A DNA stretch of 55,974 nucleotides, the filler included, from Candidatus Tectimicrobiota bacterium (GTDB taxonomy: Bacteria; JACPUC01): the NCBI GenBank assembly GCA_016192455.1. It is 3 parts of 3 records of this genome, joined end to end, with 100 filler letters (N's around TTAATTAATTAA, not from the genome) between each part and the next. Parts side by side here need not be neighbours in the genome. Positions count along the whole stretch, not along the records: positions 41,441 to 55,974 come from JACPUC010000026.1; 2 more parts are not named here. The stretch is one strand, 5' to 3'. The notes under the pieces are model-generated. The model searched no databases and was not told where the DNA came from. It was given only the letters and a program-made list of their open reading frames with translations. The position numbers and the translations under genes were made by a program. Positions 44,344-53,497 of this stretch are shown in pieces. Positions within the stretch are counted from its first letter, which is position 1, and each line of letters begins with the position of its first letter.

Positions 44344-45115
44344 ACGCACTCCTCTCGGAGATAACGAACAAGCTCCCGGCCTCGCGCAGGTGTGTCAGAC
44401 GCTCTCCGCCCGGAGCCCACCCGCCGCCACCGATGAAAACGTCACACAATCGCCCGGAATAAGCGCTTCCGGCCTGGCGAAGAAATCGCCCTCTGGGAGG
44501 AGGCTGCGGCGGAGAAAAAACATCTCCTGACTCGTGGGAATCGCCCCGCGCGCCAGAGGATGTGAGTTTTTAGGATGACATGAAGCTCGCCGCGGCGCAA
44601 GCCCAACTTCCCGGCCACTGCTGAGGTCCACCCACCTGACGAGGGAAAGAGGCGGCGGCGCTCCCCTGGCATCTCGCCTCGCCTGCTGCCGCCTCTCCCG
44701 TGCCGAGGCGGGCCCCTCCCCGGGCAGCCGCATTGCGCCGCTTTCTGGAGAGCGCCCAGTTCCTTGAAGGAGTGATCCGAGTCCTGCTCATCAGGGACTC
44801 CCTGCCGCGAGGGATCTCTGCCTCCCATCTCTCGACTTCCAGGCGTGACCGCGAAGGCGCGCGGTTTCGCAGCTCGCGGCGGAACGCGCCGGAAGGAGCG
44901 CACCCCTCGCCCGCCAGGTGCGGATTTGCAAGCCGAGCGATGGTTCGCCCGTAGGCTCAAACCGCGCGTCGCGAGCAGGGGCCGCGCGGGGCACGCCACC
45001 GGCCCGCGCCCCGCCGGGGCTGTAACGGAGCGCAGTCAACGGCGGCGGAGGTAGCCGCTGCTCACCCTCCCGCATTCTGTCCAGCCCATGGGCAAGCATG
45101 GGCGCTAATTTTTCC

Positions 45116-45176
45116 TTGACAGATTTTCCAGCCCACCCTAAAGTACCTTTGATCAGTAGATTAAAAAGGTCCTTTA
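45116..45176 (+). promoter_or_regulatory. Sigma70 promoter overlapped by an inverted-repeat operator upstream of the Rrf2 gene
   Basis: TTGACA(45116)-N17-TAAAGT(45139); TAAAGTACCTTT (45139-45150) and AAAGGTCCTTTA (45165-45176) are inverted with one mismatch. Confidence 0.7.
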
Positions 45177-45182
45177 CATCTA

Positions 45183-45635
45183 ATGAAACTGAACCGCGAA
45201 AGCGAGTACGGCATCCGGGCGCTCATCTTCCTGGCTAGGCAGGGGCGGGAGAGGGTGCTGATGGCCAGTACGGTCGCCCAGGAGCAGGATCTCCCGCAGG
45301 GGTTCCTGGCGAAGATTTTCCAGAAACTCACTCGCCATGGCGTGCTGCGATCCTACCGCGGCAAGCAGCGCGGCTATGCCTTGGCCAGGCCGCCAGAGGA
45401 GATTGCTCTGAAGGAGGTCGTGGAAGCCATTGAAGGGCCGGACCTCATGGACCGCTGCATCTTCTGGAGCAACCGCTGCCCTACCTCCACGCCCTGTCTG
45501 CTGCACGAGTGGTACAAGGAGATCAAGCCCCAGTTCGACCAGATGTTGAGCCAGACCACCCTGGCTGCGGTGGTGCAGCAAGAGGCGTCCCTCTCAGCTC
45601 TGCGTCCTGCGATCGAGCCCAAGCAGGCGGGCTGA
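45183..45635 (+). CDS. Rrf2-family transcriptional regulator (Fe-S-binding type)
   Basis: EYGIRAL, FLAKIFQKL, SYRGKQRGYALARPPEEI, EAIEG, C-x6-C-x5-C-x2-H. Confidence 0.93.
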   Translation: MKLNRESEYGIRALIFLARQGRERVLMASTVAQEQDLPQGFLAKIFQKLTRHGVLRSYRGKQRGYALARPPEEIALKEVVEAIEGPDLMDRCIFWSNRCPTSTPCLLHEWYKEIKPQFDQMLSQTTLAAVVQQEASLSALRPAIEPKQAG

Positions 45636-45914
45636 GGCCCACCCAGGTCGACGCCGGGCCGGCTTGGGGGGCGGCTCGTCGCCTGTCCTGGTCTCCTTGC
45701 CCTCGAACGGCGCGATGCCGCACCCCAGCAAGCAACGAGCCTGGACGTGTATTGCGGTGGAGCTCCCCGCCTGACGTTCCAGGAGACGATGCATGACGCC
45801 GAGGACAAGGAAAAAGGCCCCATTCGGCCGCCTCTCGCGGTGAAGGGGGGTGAGATCGGCGTTCACCTCGACGGGCAAACGTTTTGGAGCGCTTTCTTGG
45901 AGGAGGACAGCTCT

Positions 45915-47270
45915 ATGAGTGGGAGAAAATTGGTCCATCTCGTGAGCCTCATTGTCATCGCCGTTCTCTTCGTTCCCGGCTGGAGCGCCGGCGTGGCCGA
46001 AGCGCAGGAGCGCCGGCTCGTCTATCGCCCCTACGATGTCGGCGAGGTAGATCACGGCAGCCCCGCGCCGGCGACGCCCGCCGCCATTCAAGCAGGCCAA
46101 CGGCTCTACGGGACGAACTGCTCTCGCTGCCACGGCGTGGAAGGCAAGGGGGACGGCCCCACGGCCTACCTCATGAACCCCAAGCCACGGAACTTCGCCC
46201 AAAGACTCTACAAGCTTCACTCCACCCCAAGTGGTCAGCTTCCCACCGACGCCGACCTCTACCGGACGATCACGCTGGGGATGCCGGGGTCGGGCATGCC
46301 TCCCTGGAAGGGCAAGCTCAGCCAAGAGGAACGCTGGCAGCTCGTGCACTACATCAAAACCCTCTACCCGAAATGGGCAGAGGAGGTGAAACGGGAACCG
46401 CTGACCCCGATCGGCATCCCCAAGCCGATGCCGACCTCGGCGGCAAGCATCCAGAAGGGGAAAGAGTTCTACGCCTCGCTGGAGTGCGCGAAGTGTCATG
46501 GAAAAACCGGCAAGGGCGACGGCCCCAGCGCGAATGAGCTGAAGGACGACTGGGGGGACAAGATCCTCCCCACTGACCTGACCAAACCATGGTTCTTCCG
46601 CGCTGGGTCAAAGCCTGAGGATATCTACCGCGTCCTGGTGGCCGGGGTGCCAGGCAGCCCCATGCCATCCTGGGCAGACCTGCTGCCGCAAAACTCGGAC
46701 CTCTGGCACGTGGCCAACTACGTCCTGTCGCTGGCGGAAGGGCAGCCGCCTACGCCGGTGCTGATCGAGACGTTGAAAGGACCCACCTTGGGCGTGAAGG
46801 CGTTCGAGTCGGCGGCGAAGACCGGCTCGGCGGCCGGCAAACCCGAGGTGGTCTTCGATGTAGTCGCCAGCGGCTGGGAGATGTGGATCATGAAGGACGG
46901 CGCCTACCTGCCGCGCGTCAACGGCCTTGCCCAGGCCGGCCACGAGATGCAGGTGAAAAAGGGGCAGGTGGTGCAGATCAACTTCTGGCCGACGGAGAAC
47001 GGCCTGGGCGCTCCCTATGGCCATGGCTTCTCCATCGAGGGCTACGATGACCGGCTCTTCGGCCTGCAGACCGCGGCAGGCCCGGGGGGCGGCTCGGGGG
47101 CCGCCTACCTCGAGCGTCCCCTAGCCTACCGCTTCATCGCCGACCGGGATGGAGAATTTCCTTTCTACTGCTCCGTGCAGTGCGATCCAGGTCAGAGCGA
47201 CGAGATCAAGAAGCTGACCGGCTTGTGGGGCCACGTTTACATGGGCGGCACCTTCCTGGTGAAGCAGTAG
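45915..47270 (+). CDS. Secreted diheme cytochrome c with a C-terminal cupredoxin (CuA-like) domain
   Basis: Signal peptide; CSRCH and CAKCH; VKKGQVV...HGFSI...FIADRDGEFPFYCSVQC...GHVYMGG; GGAGGAGG RBS. Confidence 0.85.
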   Translation: MSGRKLVHLVSLIVIAVLFVPGWSAGVAEAQERRLVYRPYDVGEVDHGSPAPATPAAIQAGQRLYGTNCSRCHGVEGKGDGPTAYLMNPKPRNFAQRLYKLHSTPSGQLPTDADLYRTITLGMPGSGMPPWKGKLSQEERWQLVHYIKTLYPKWAEEVKREPLTPIGIPKPMPTSAASIQKGKEFYASLECAKCHGKTGKGDGPSANELKDDWGDKILPTDLTKPWFFRAGSKPEDIYRVLVAGVPGSPMPSWADLLPQNSDLWHVANYVLSLAEGQPPTPVLIETLKGPTLGVKAFESAAKTGSAAGKPEVVFDVVASGWEMWIMKDGAYLPRVNGLAQAGHEMQVKKGQVVQINFWPTENGLGAPYGHGFSIEGYDDRLFGLQTAAGPGGGSGAAYLERPLAYRFIADRDGEFPFYCSVQCDPGQSDEIKKLTGLWGHVYMGGTFLVKQ

Positions 47271-47358
47271 CGCTCCCGAGGCTTGCAGCGCGGCACACCA
47301 CGTGTCGTTCTCCGGTGAGGGAAGGACCTTGTTCCCTGACTCAAAGGGGGGAGGCAAG

Positions 47359-49227
47359 ATGAGAGGGTATGTGAGATTCTTGCTTGCTGGGCTGATCCTG
47401 GGGATCGCGATCCCCCTTCTCATGGGCGCCGCAAAAGACGAGAACCCGGCGGAGGTGATCTACCACGGCCCCTTCGAGCGCGACGCCTACTACATGTTCT
47501 CGAGTAGCGGCCAGTCCGGGGGAGTATTCGTCATCGGCATCCCCTCGGGGAGGCTGTTCATGGACCTTCCCGTCTTCGAGCCCCGGCAGGCCTATGGGTA
47601 CGCGGGCATCGGCACGCCGGAGCGGGAGATGCTGGAGAAGACCGGCGGCCTCTGGGGAGACACCCACCATCCCCGCTTAAGCCACACCGGCTGGAAACCC
47701 GACGGCAAGTGGCTCTACATCAATGACAAAGCCAGCACGCGGGTGGCGAAGATCGACCTGCGGACCTTCCGCACGGTCCTCATCAAGAAGGCCCCGAACA
47801 CGCAGGTCTGGCACGGCATCGCCCTGGTGCCCGACCGAAACGGCACCACCAAGTACGTCTGCGCCAATGGCGAGTTCGAGGCCCCGATTCCACCACGCCC
47901 GGGGCTGCCGGGCGGCTACTCGGAAAAGCTGATCCCGCCGATCGGTGCCAAGGTTCCCGACGACTGGAAGAGCCCCGTCACCTGTCTGGACGCCGAGACG
48001 CTCGATCCGGTCTTCCAGGTGATCAGCGGCTACGGCAACTTCGATATCATGGATAACTCCCCCTCCGGCCGCTGGCTTCTCTCCAACATGTACAACACCG
48101 AGAAGGGCGCGAATATCGACGAGATGATCAAGGCCCCCGAGGACGTGACGCAGTTCCTCGATGTGTGGAAAGCCGAGGAGGAGCTGAAAGCGGGGAGGTT
48201 CACCCTGGTCAACGGGGTGAAAGTACTGGATGCGCGCCAAAGCCCGGGGCTGATCTACCTTCTCCCCACCCCCAGGAACCCGCACGGGATCCACTGCCAA
48301 CGCCTGGATACCCGCGTGCATGGCGAGAAGTCCCTGGGCAAGGATACAGTCTGCATCTCCGGCGGCAAGCTGGTGCCGCGGGTCTACATCTACGATGTCT
48401 CGGGAGACCGCCCGAAGCTGGTGAGCACCCCCTGGGTCGGCCTGGGTCCCCTGCACGTGCAGTACGACGGGCGGGGGAACTTCTACGTGTCGCTCTTCGT
48501 CGACAGCCAGATCGGCGCCTATAACATCGAGAAAGCGATCAAGTTCCCCAACGATCCGGACAAGTACACCGTCGACAAGATCGACATCCATTACAACGTC
48601 GGTCACCTGAGCACGGTGATGAACTACTCGACCCCGAAGGGGGATTGGCTCATCTCGCAGAACAAAATGACCAAGGGCCTTCCCGGCTTCCTTCCCACGG
48701 GTCCTCTGGAGCCGGAAGTTCAGGAGCTGATCGATATCCGCAAGATCACCGCCGACGGCAAGGGAAAGATGCGGCTCATCTACCAGTTCCCGACGCCGCC
48801 CGAGCCGCACGAGTCCGACTTCGTGGAAGCGGAGAAGCTGGCGCCGTTGGTCTGGACGAAGTACAAGAAGCCATATAATGAAGCGATCAAGTTCGTCGGC
48901 CCGGGCGAGTCGCGGGTGGTGCGCAGCGGGCCGAAGAACGTCGATGTCTACCTGACCGCGGTGCGCAGCCGTTACGGACTGGACGAGGTGCGGGTGAAGC
49001 AGGGGGATACGGTCACCCTCTACCTCTCAAATATCGAACGTCTCCGGGACGTCACCCATGGGTTTGCGCTGCAGGAGTATGGCGTCCATTTCGCCATCGA
49101 CCCGGGCGACACGCAGAAGTTCACCTTCGTGGCGGATAAACCCGGGGTGTACTGGTTCTTCTGCACCTGGTTCTGCAGCGCTCTGCACATGGAGATGCGG
49201 GCCAAGCTGATCGTGGATCCAGCCTAG
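47359..49227 (+). CDS. nosZ: Nitrous oxide reductase, non-Tat (Sec-type leader), divergent
   Basis: Seven CuZ His in order (DTHH, WHG, PHG, PLH, VGH, EPH); CuA site HGF...CTWFCSALHMEM; hydrophobic leader without a twin-Arg motif. Confidence 0.92.
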   Translation: MRGYVRFLLAGLILGIAIPLLMGAAKDENPAEVIYHGPFERDAYYMFSSSGQSGGVFVIGIPSGRLFMDLPVFEPRQAYGYAGIGTPEREMLEKTGGLWGDTHHPRLSHTGWKPDGKWLYINDKASTRVAKIDLRTFRTVLIKKAPNTQVWHGIALVPDRNGTTKYVCANGEFEAPIPPRPGLPGGYSEKLIPPIGAKVPDDWKSPVTCLDAETLDPVFQVISGYGNFDIMDNSPSGRWLLSNMYNTEKGANIDEMIKAPEDVTQFLDVWKAEEELKAGRFTLVNGVKVLDARQSPGLIYLLPTPRNPHGIHCQRLDTRVHGEKSLGKDTVCISGGKLVPRVYIYDVSGDRPKLVSTPWVGLGPLHVQYDGRGNFYVSLFVDSQIGAYNIEKAIKFPNDPDKYTVDKIDIHYNVGHLSTVMNYSTPKGDWLISQNKMTKGLPGFLPTGPLEPEVQELIDIRKITADGKGKMRLIYQFPTPPEPHESDFVEAEKLAPLVWTKYKKPYNEAIKFVGPGESRVVRSGPKNVDVYLTAVRSRYGLDEVRVKQGDTVTLYLSNIERLRDVTHGFALQEYGVHFAIDPGDTQKFTFVADKPGVYWFFCTWFCSALHMEMRAKLIVDPA

Positions 49228-49289
49228 GGTCCGCGCCACGATCGAGGGCGGAGGGGAGGAGGCCGCCTCTCCTCCGCAGGGGAGAAACG

Positions 49290-49688
49290 GTGCGGCGCCT
49301 GGTGCTTCTTGGGATCGTGGTGATCGCCGTCGGTGGGCTTGCGGGTACCGCGCTGCTGCTTTTCCGCTCGGGCTCGCCGGCGGGGCCGCAATGTCCGTTG
49401 TCGTTCTCTGAGTTCGCGGTGGCCTCGAAGGCGGGGAAAATCCGCGTCAGTGGCCAGGCGGGGTACGCCAATGGCGCTCCCTTCGCCAAGGGCCCGGTGC
49501 TGCTCAATCTGACCTTCGTGATGCCGGGATGCGGCGCCCTCCCCTTGACGGCAACGACGGAAGGGGATGGACGCTTCCTCGTTGATGCCTCGCCGACCGA
49601 TGCCGCCTGCGCGCAGCAGGGCGGCACGGTCACCGCCAGTACGCGCGCCGGCTGTTCCATCGAGGGCATGACGCAGGGAGAGTGGTAG
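49290..49688 (+). CDS. Hypothetical exported/membrane-anchored small beta-rich protein with four Cys
   Basis: GGAG RBS, N-terminal hydrophobic helix, TATTEGDGRF beta motif; stop is 1 nt before the next ATG. Confidence 0.6.
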   Translation: MRRLVLLGIVVIAVGGLAGTALLLFRSGSPAGPQCPLSFSEFAVASKAGKIRVSGQAGYANGAPFAKGPVLLNLTFVMPGCGALPLTATTEGDGRFLVDASPTDAACAQQGGTVTASTRAGCSIEGMTQGEW

Positions 49689-49689
49689 G

Positions 49690-50286
49690 ATGAGAACGCC
49701 CGTTCGGATGGCGAATCTCTTGTGCCTCGGGGCGGCCCTGCTGATCGGCGCTTCCTTCCTCACGCCGCTCTGGTCGCTGACGGCACAGGCCGTTCAGTAC
49801 AAGATGGACTTCCCGCAAGGGCTGAAAGTCTACCTCTACCTCTGGAAGATCGCCGGCGAGATGTATGAGCTCAACCTCATGAACAAGTGGATTGGGGCCC
49901 ATTTCCCGGAGCGCGCCCTTGAGATGATCCTCTTCCCAATCCTCTTTGGGGGGGTGGCCCTTGCCTGCGTCGCCTGCCTCTTTCTCAGCCGCTGGAAGAA
50001 GCGCGCCTTGATGGCGGCGCTCCTCGGCCTGCTCCTGCTTACCCTTGTCGGGCTGGTCAGCCTGCAGGGCCGGCTCTATGCATTCGGGCATGTGCGGGAC
50101 GCCAACCCGCCGATCGTGGTTCCTGATTTCACCGTCCCCATCCTGGGAACGATGCAGCTCTGGAACTGGACCATCAGCACCGCCTTCGGCGTTGGCGCCT
50201 ACATCCTGGCCCTCGCCGCCCTCCTGCTCGCGCTGGCTTACGTGGTCACCGCCAGGGAGGCGCGGAACGAGCGGACGTGGTCATGA
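49690..50286 (+). CDS. nosB: NosB-like membrane protein
   Basis: PLWSLTAQAVQY...PQGL...ELNLMNKWIG, LYAFGH..D.NPPI.VPDF..PILG..QL.NW pattern of the clade II nos membrane protein; four TM helices. Confidence 0.78.
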   Translation: MRTPVRMANLLCLGAALLIGASFLTPLWSLTAQAVQYKMDFPQGLKVYLYLWKIAGEMYELNLMNKWIGAHFPERALEMILFPILFGGVALACVACLFLSRWKKRALMAALLGLLLLTLVGLVSLQGRLYAFGHVRDANPPIVVPDFTVPILGTMQLWNWTISTAFGVGAYILALAALLLALAYVVTAREARNERTWS

Positions 50287-51695
50287 AGAAACCCGTCATC
50301 ATCCTCGGCCTCGTCATCCTCCTCGCCGCTCTCTTCGTGACCGTGGGCCTCTACTTCATTCCCAAGCTGAAAGTGAAAGCGGAGCTGGCGGGGGGGCTGG
50401 GGGAGTTCCTGAAATCCGATGCGGACAAGGTGCGCCGGGCCAGCGACATCTACATCGACATCACCTTCGCCAGCGACGCATTCCTGAAGCGCGTGCGCCT
50501 GCAAGAGTACATCGGCAAGTACCGCTACGGGCAGCCGTTCCTCGTCTCCCTGAACACCCATGCGGGTAATCTCGAGGGCATTGTCAGCCTGGAGGGGAAG
50601 ATTTTCCTGCTCGACGATCATGGCAACCGCTATCCCCACCTGGGGAGCCCCATCATGACGTCCCTGCACCACAACACGTATCTGCTGATCTTCCCCAACG
50701 TCGATCACCAGGGGAAGCCCCTCTTCAGCGCCGACCGGAAACACTTCAGCATCAAGGTGAGCGGCATCCCCCCCATCGAGCAGCGCGAGTTCACCTGGCG
50801 GCTCCCGCTGCAGACCGCCATCCCCGCCGCCACACCCTGGGAGGCCTGGACGCGGCATCTCATGCTGGCCCTGGCCCTCATCGGCGCCCTCACCATCACG
50901 CTCTCCCCCTGCGCCCTGAACGTCAGCGCCTTCTATAGCGCCGTCCTCGCCACCACCCTGGGACGCCCGGACATGGCGGCGATCTCCGACCGGCAGGTGA
51001 AGCGTGAACTGCTGCGCATCCTCATCCCCTTCGCTCTCGGCTTTGTCATCCTGTTTTCCGCCGGCGGCGCCCTCATCGGCCTCACCGGAAGTGTCCTGCG
51101 CAACCCACTCGAGCAGCTTGGCAGCTTCTGGTCGTATATCCGGGTGGGCGCCGGGCTCCTCATGTTCTACCTCGGTTTGAAGCTCATTCTCTTGGCCCTC
51201 GCCAAGAGAGGCGCCGGACGGCTGGCCATGGCAATGGGGCGGCTATGGCGCCGCGGCCTCGCGAAGGCCTTCAGCCTGATTTCCGGAGAGAGGTTACCGG
51301 CCGAGCCGCAATCCTTCCGCGACACCCCCTTTACGCCCCTCTCCTCCCTTCTCATGGGCGTCGCCCTCTCCACGGAGTGCGCCATCTGTCTCGGCACGGG
51401 CATCTTCTTCCCCTTGGCGGTCTATGCCGGAACAACCTCCTGGTACTGGGGCATGGCGGTCCTCGGCGCCTTCTCCGTGGCCCTCGTCATCCCGATGCTC
51501 CTCGTCGCCATGGGCGTGCGTGATCTGCGGCTGACCCTGCCGAAGAAGCTCACAATCATCCGCACGCTCAACATTGCCGCCGGGCTGATCATCGGTTTTG
51601 TGGGCATCGAGTTGATTCGGGACGCTGATCCGCACCGCTTTACCAATCTCATCCTCAACGTCGTCTTCGGTGGAAGCGCCTGGCTATACCGTTAG
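50283..51695 (+). CDS. CcdA/DsbD-like transmembrane thiol-redox protein with an N-terminal extracytoplasmic domain
   Basis: TLSPC in the first core TM helix, FALGFVILF, second Cys site ECAIC; ATGA overlap with nosB. Confidence 0.75.
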   Translation: MKKPVIILGLVILLAALFVTVGLYFIPKLKVKAELAGGLGEFLKSDADKVRRASDIYIDITFASDAFLKRVRLQEYIGKYRYGQPFLVSLNTHAGNLEGIVSLEGKIFLLDDHGNRYPHLGSPIMTSLHHNTYLLIFPNVDHQGKPLFSADRKHFSIKVSGIPPIEQREFTWRLPLQTAIPAATPWEAWTRHLMLALALIGALTITLSPCALNVSAFYSAVLATTLGRPDMAAISDRQVKRELLRILIPFALGFVILFSAGGALIGLTGSVLRNPLEQLGSFWSYIRVGAGLLMFYLGLKLILLALAKRGAGRLAMAMGRLWRRGLAKAFSLISGERLPAEPQSFRDTPFTPLSSLLMGVALSTECAICLGTGIFFPLAVYAGTTSWYWGMAVLGAFSVALVIPMLLVAMGVRDLRLTLPKKLTIIRTLNIAAGLIIGFVGIELIRDADPHRFTNLILNVVFGGSAWLYR

Positions 51696-51719
51696 CGATC
51701 ACCTGGGCAGGAAGGCGCC

Positions 51720-52148
51720 ATGCGCGAAGCCTACAGTGTTGGAGCCAAGGCTACCCAGGTCCAGGAGACCCTCACGGGGTATCGACTGAGCCTGGTGGCG
51801 ACGCTGGCGTGTCTGGCCCTGGCCCTTCTGGCTATGGTGGATTTCCGCCGCGGCTTCCTGTTTACCGGCGCGACAGATTTCGGCCGCTACGTCCTCAGCA
51901 CGCCCTCCTTCCGGTTCAGTCCATGGCACCTCCTGATGCTCGGCATCGGCCTGGCGGGGTTTGTGAGCTCTCTTCGCAGGCTTCAACGCTGCGAGGCGGA
52001 GCTGCGTGGAGAGAAACTGGAGGGGGTGACGCGCTGGCTGGCGGCGGGCCTCTTCGGCTTGCTGGTCGTGGACCTGTTTACCTACCGCGGGGTGCCGACG
52101 GTGCGCGCCGCGTTGGCGGGGATCGCCGCCGGCGCGCTGTTCCTGTAG
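51720..52148 (+). CDS. Hypothetical membrane protein, possibly truncated
   Basis: AGGAAGG RBS, 3-4 hydrophobic segments, same strand as the operon. Confidence 0.6.
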   Translation: MREAYSVGAKATQVQETLTGYRLSLVATLACLALALLAMVDFRRGFLFTGATDFGRYVLSTPSFRFSPWHLLMLGIGLAGFVSSLRRLQRCEAELRGEKLEGVTRWLAAGLFGLLVVDLFTYRGVPTVRAALAGIAAGALFL

Positions 52149-52243
52149 TCCGCCGCTCGCCGGGCTTCCTCTTCAACCGTGAGGTGGATCTTCGCACCTC
52201 CTCGCGGAGAACTCCCCGACCTAGAACCAGAGGATCGCGAGCC

Positions 52244-52822
52244 GTGTATCAGGTCGTGCTGATCTTCCACATTGTCAACGTCGTCCTGATGGCCGCGCCC
52301 TACTACAACCTCGTCGTCGTGAGCGAGCGGAGCAAATTTGGCCCGGCGCACGTGCAGGTGGACCGCTACTTCGAGCAGATCGTCAGGGGTATCCTCTTCC
52401 GCTGCTACTTCATCCAGTGGAGTGTCCTCCTGCTGGGACTTCTCCTCGTCGGCCTGCACAACAACTGGAGCTTCCAGTCGCTGCTCACGCAGTGGCAACT
52501 GCTGATCAAAGAAGCAGCCTGGGTGGCGATCATGGTGGTGCATAACCTCGTCTACTTTGGCATCCAGCCGCGCATCGAGGCGCTGTTGCGGGGGCTCCAG
52601 GGAGAATCTATCCCGCCCGAGATCACCAGCCGTGTCACAACCCTGCGAATCCGCAGGAAACAGGGGGCCGCCGCCTGCTTTTTCTTCGTGCTGGTGGCGG
52701 TGATCATGGGGGTCCAGATCAGCCGGCCGCTTGGCCCCGGAACCACGGTGGCGCTCACCCTCCTCGCCCTCCTCTTCGCCTGGCGGGCGTATCGCAGCGG
52801 TGTGCAGTATGGCTGGGTCTAG
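52244..52822 (+). CDS. Hypothetical integral membrane protein with intramembrane His residues
   Basis: GTG after GAGGA; about five TM helices; IFHIV in TM1 and LLIK...VVH in TM3. Confidence 0.7.
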   Translation: MYQVVLIFHIVNVVLMAAPYYNLVVVSERSKFGPAHVQVDRYFEQIVRGILFRCYFIQWSVLLLGLLLVGLHNNWSFQSLLTQWQLLIKEAAWVAIMVVHNLVYFGIQPRIEALLRGLQGESIPPEITSRVTTLRIRRKQGAAACFFFVLVAVIMGVQISRPLGPGTTVALTLLALLFAWRAYRSGVQYGWV

Positions 52823-53474
52823 GAAGGCGGCAGCCCTTCTCGTTCTGCTCCTCGCCGTTTCACCAAGAGCCGCAGCGGCCCACACACCGGACTGGGTCAG
52901 CCACCTCTTCGAATGGGTCCTGGGAAAGAAGGCCGCCGTCGGCGAGGCTCCTTCTGCCGGCTGGCTCGAACCCGAGCCGGCGCACGACTTCCGGCTGCTG
53001 GATCAGGAGGGCGGCGAGAAGACACTGCGGGACTATCGCGGCAGGGTGGTGGTGATGAATTTCTTCCACGCCACCTGCGGGAACACCTGCGGCAGCATGA
53101 AAGAGCTGAGAATCCTGGCAAGGAGTCTGGGGAAGAAGATGGGCGCCGAGGTGGTCTTCCTCTCCGTGAGCCTCGATGCCGCGGAACACCCCTCCGGGGA
53201 GGCGGGAACCTTTGACCGGCAATGGCGGATGGGCCCACGATGGCAGCTCCTGCACGGTCCGTCCGCGGCCATCGAAGAGCTGGCGAAAGCGTATGGCGTA
53301 TATTTCAAGAAGATCGAATCCGCCGAGGGGAAAAACGCTCGCACTGTCGAGTACAGCGACGTGATCCTCTTTCTCGATCAGCAGGGGAGGCTCCGCAAGC
53401 GGGTGCTGCCGCATCTCCTGCAGCTCAGCGGACGCGAAGATGTCGGGTGGCTGCTCCAGCAAGCTGCCCATTGA
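52809..53474 (+). CDS. SCO/SenC-family protein lacking the conserved His
   Basis: Signal peptide; FRLLDQEG, CGNTC, FLSVSLD, VEYSDVILFLD. Confidence 0.82.
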   Translation: MAGSRKAAALLVLLLAVSPRAAAAHTPDWVSHLFEWVLGKKAAVGEAPSAGWLEPEPAHDFRLLDQEGGEKTLRDYRGRVVVMNFFHATCGNTCGSMKELRILARSLGKKMGAEVVFLSVSLDAAEHPSGEAGTFDRQWRMGPRWQLLHGPSAAIEELAKAYGVYFKKIESAEGKNARTVEYSDVILFLDQQGRLRKRVLPHLLQLSGREDVGWLLQQAAH

Positions 53475-53497
53475 GGATACAGCGTGAGGATACCGAC

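Noticed and set aside
44760-44800. CTGATGAG on the minus strand suggesting a hammerhead ribozyme
   Set aside because: No stem II followed by GAAA; the motif lies in a simple hairpin.
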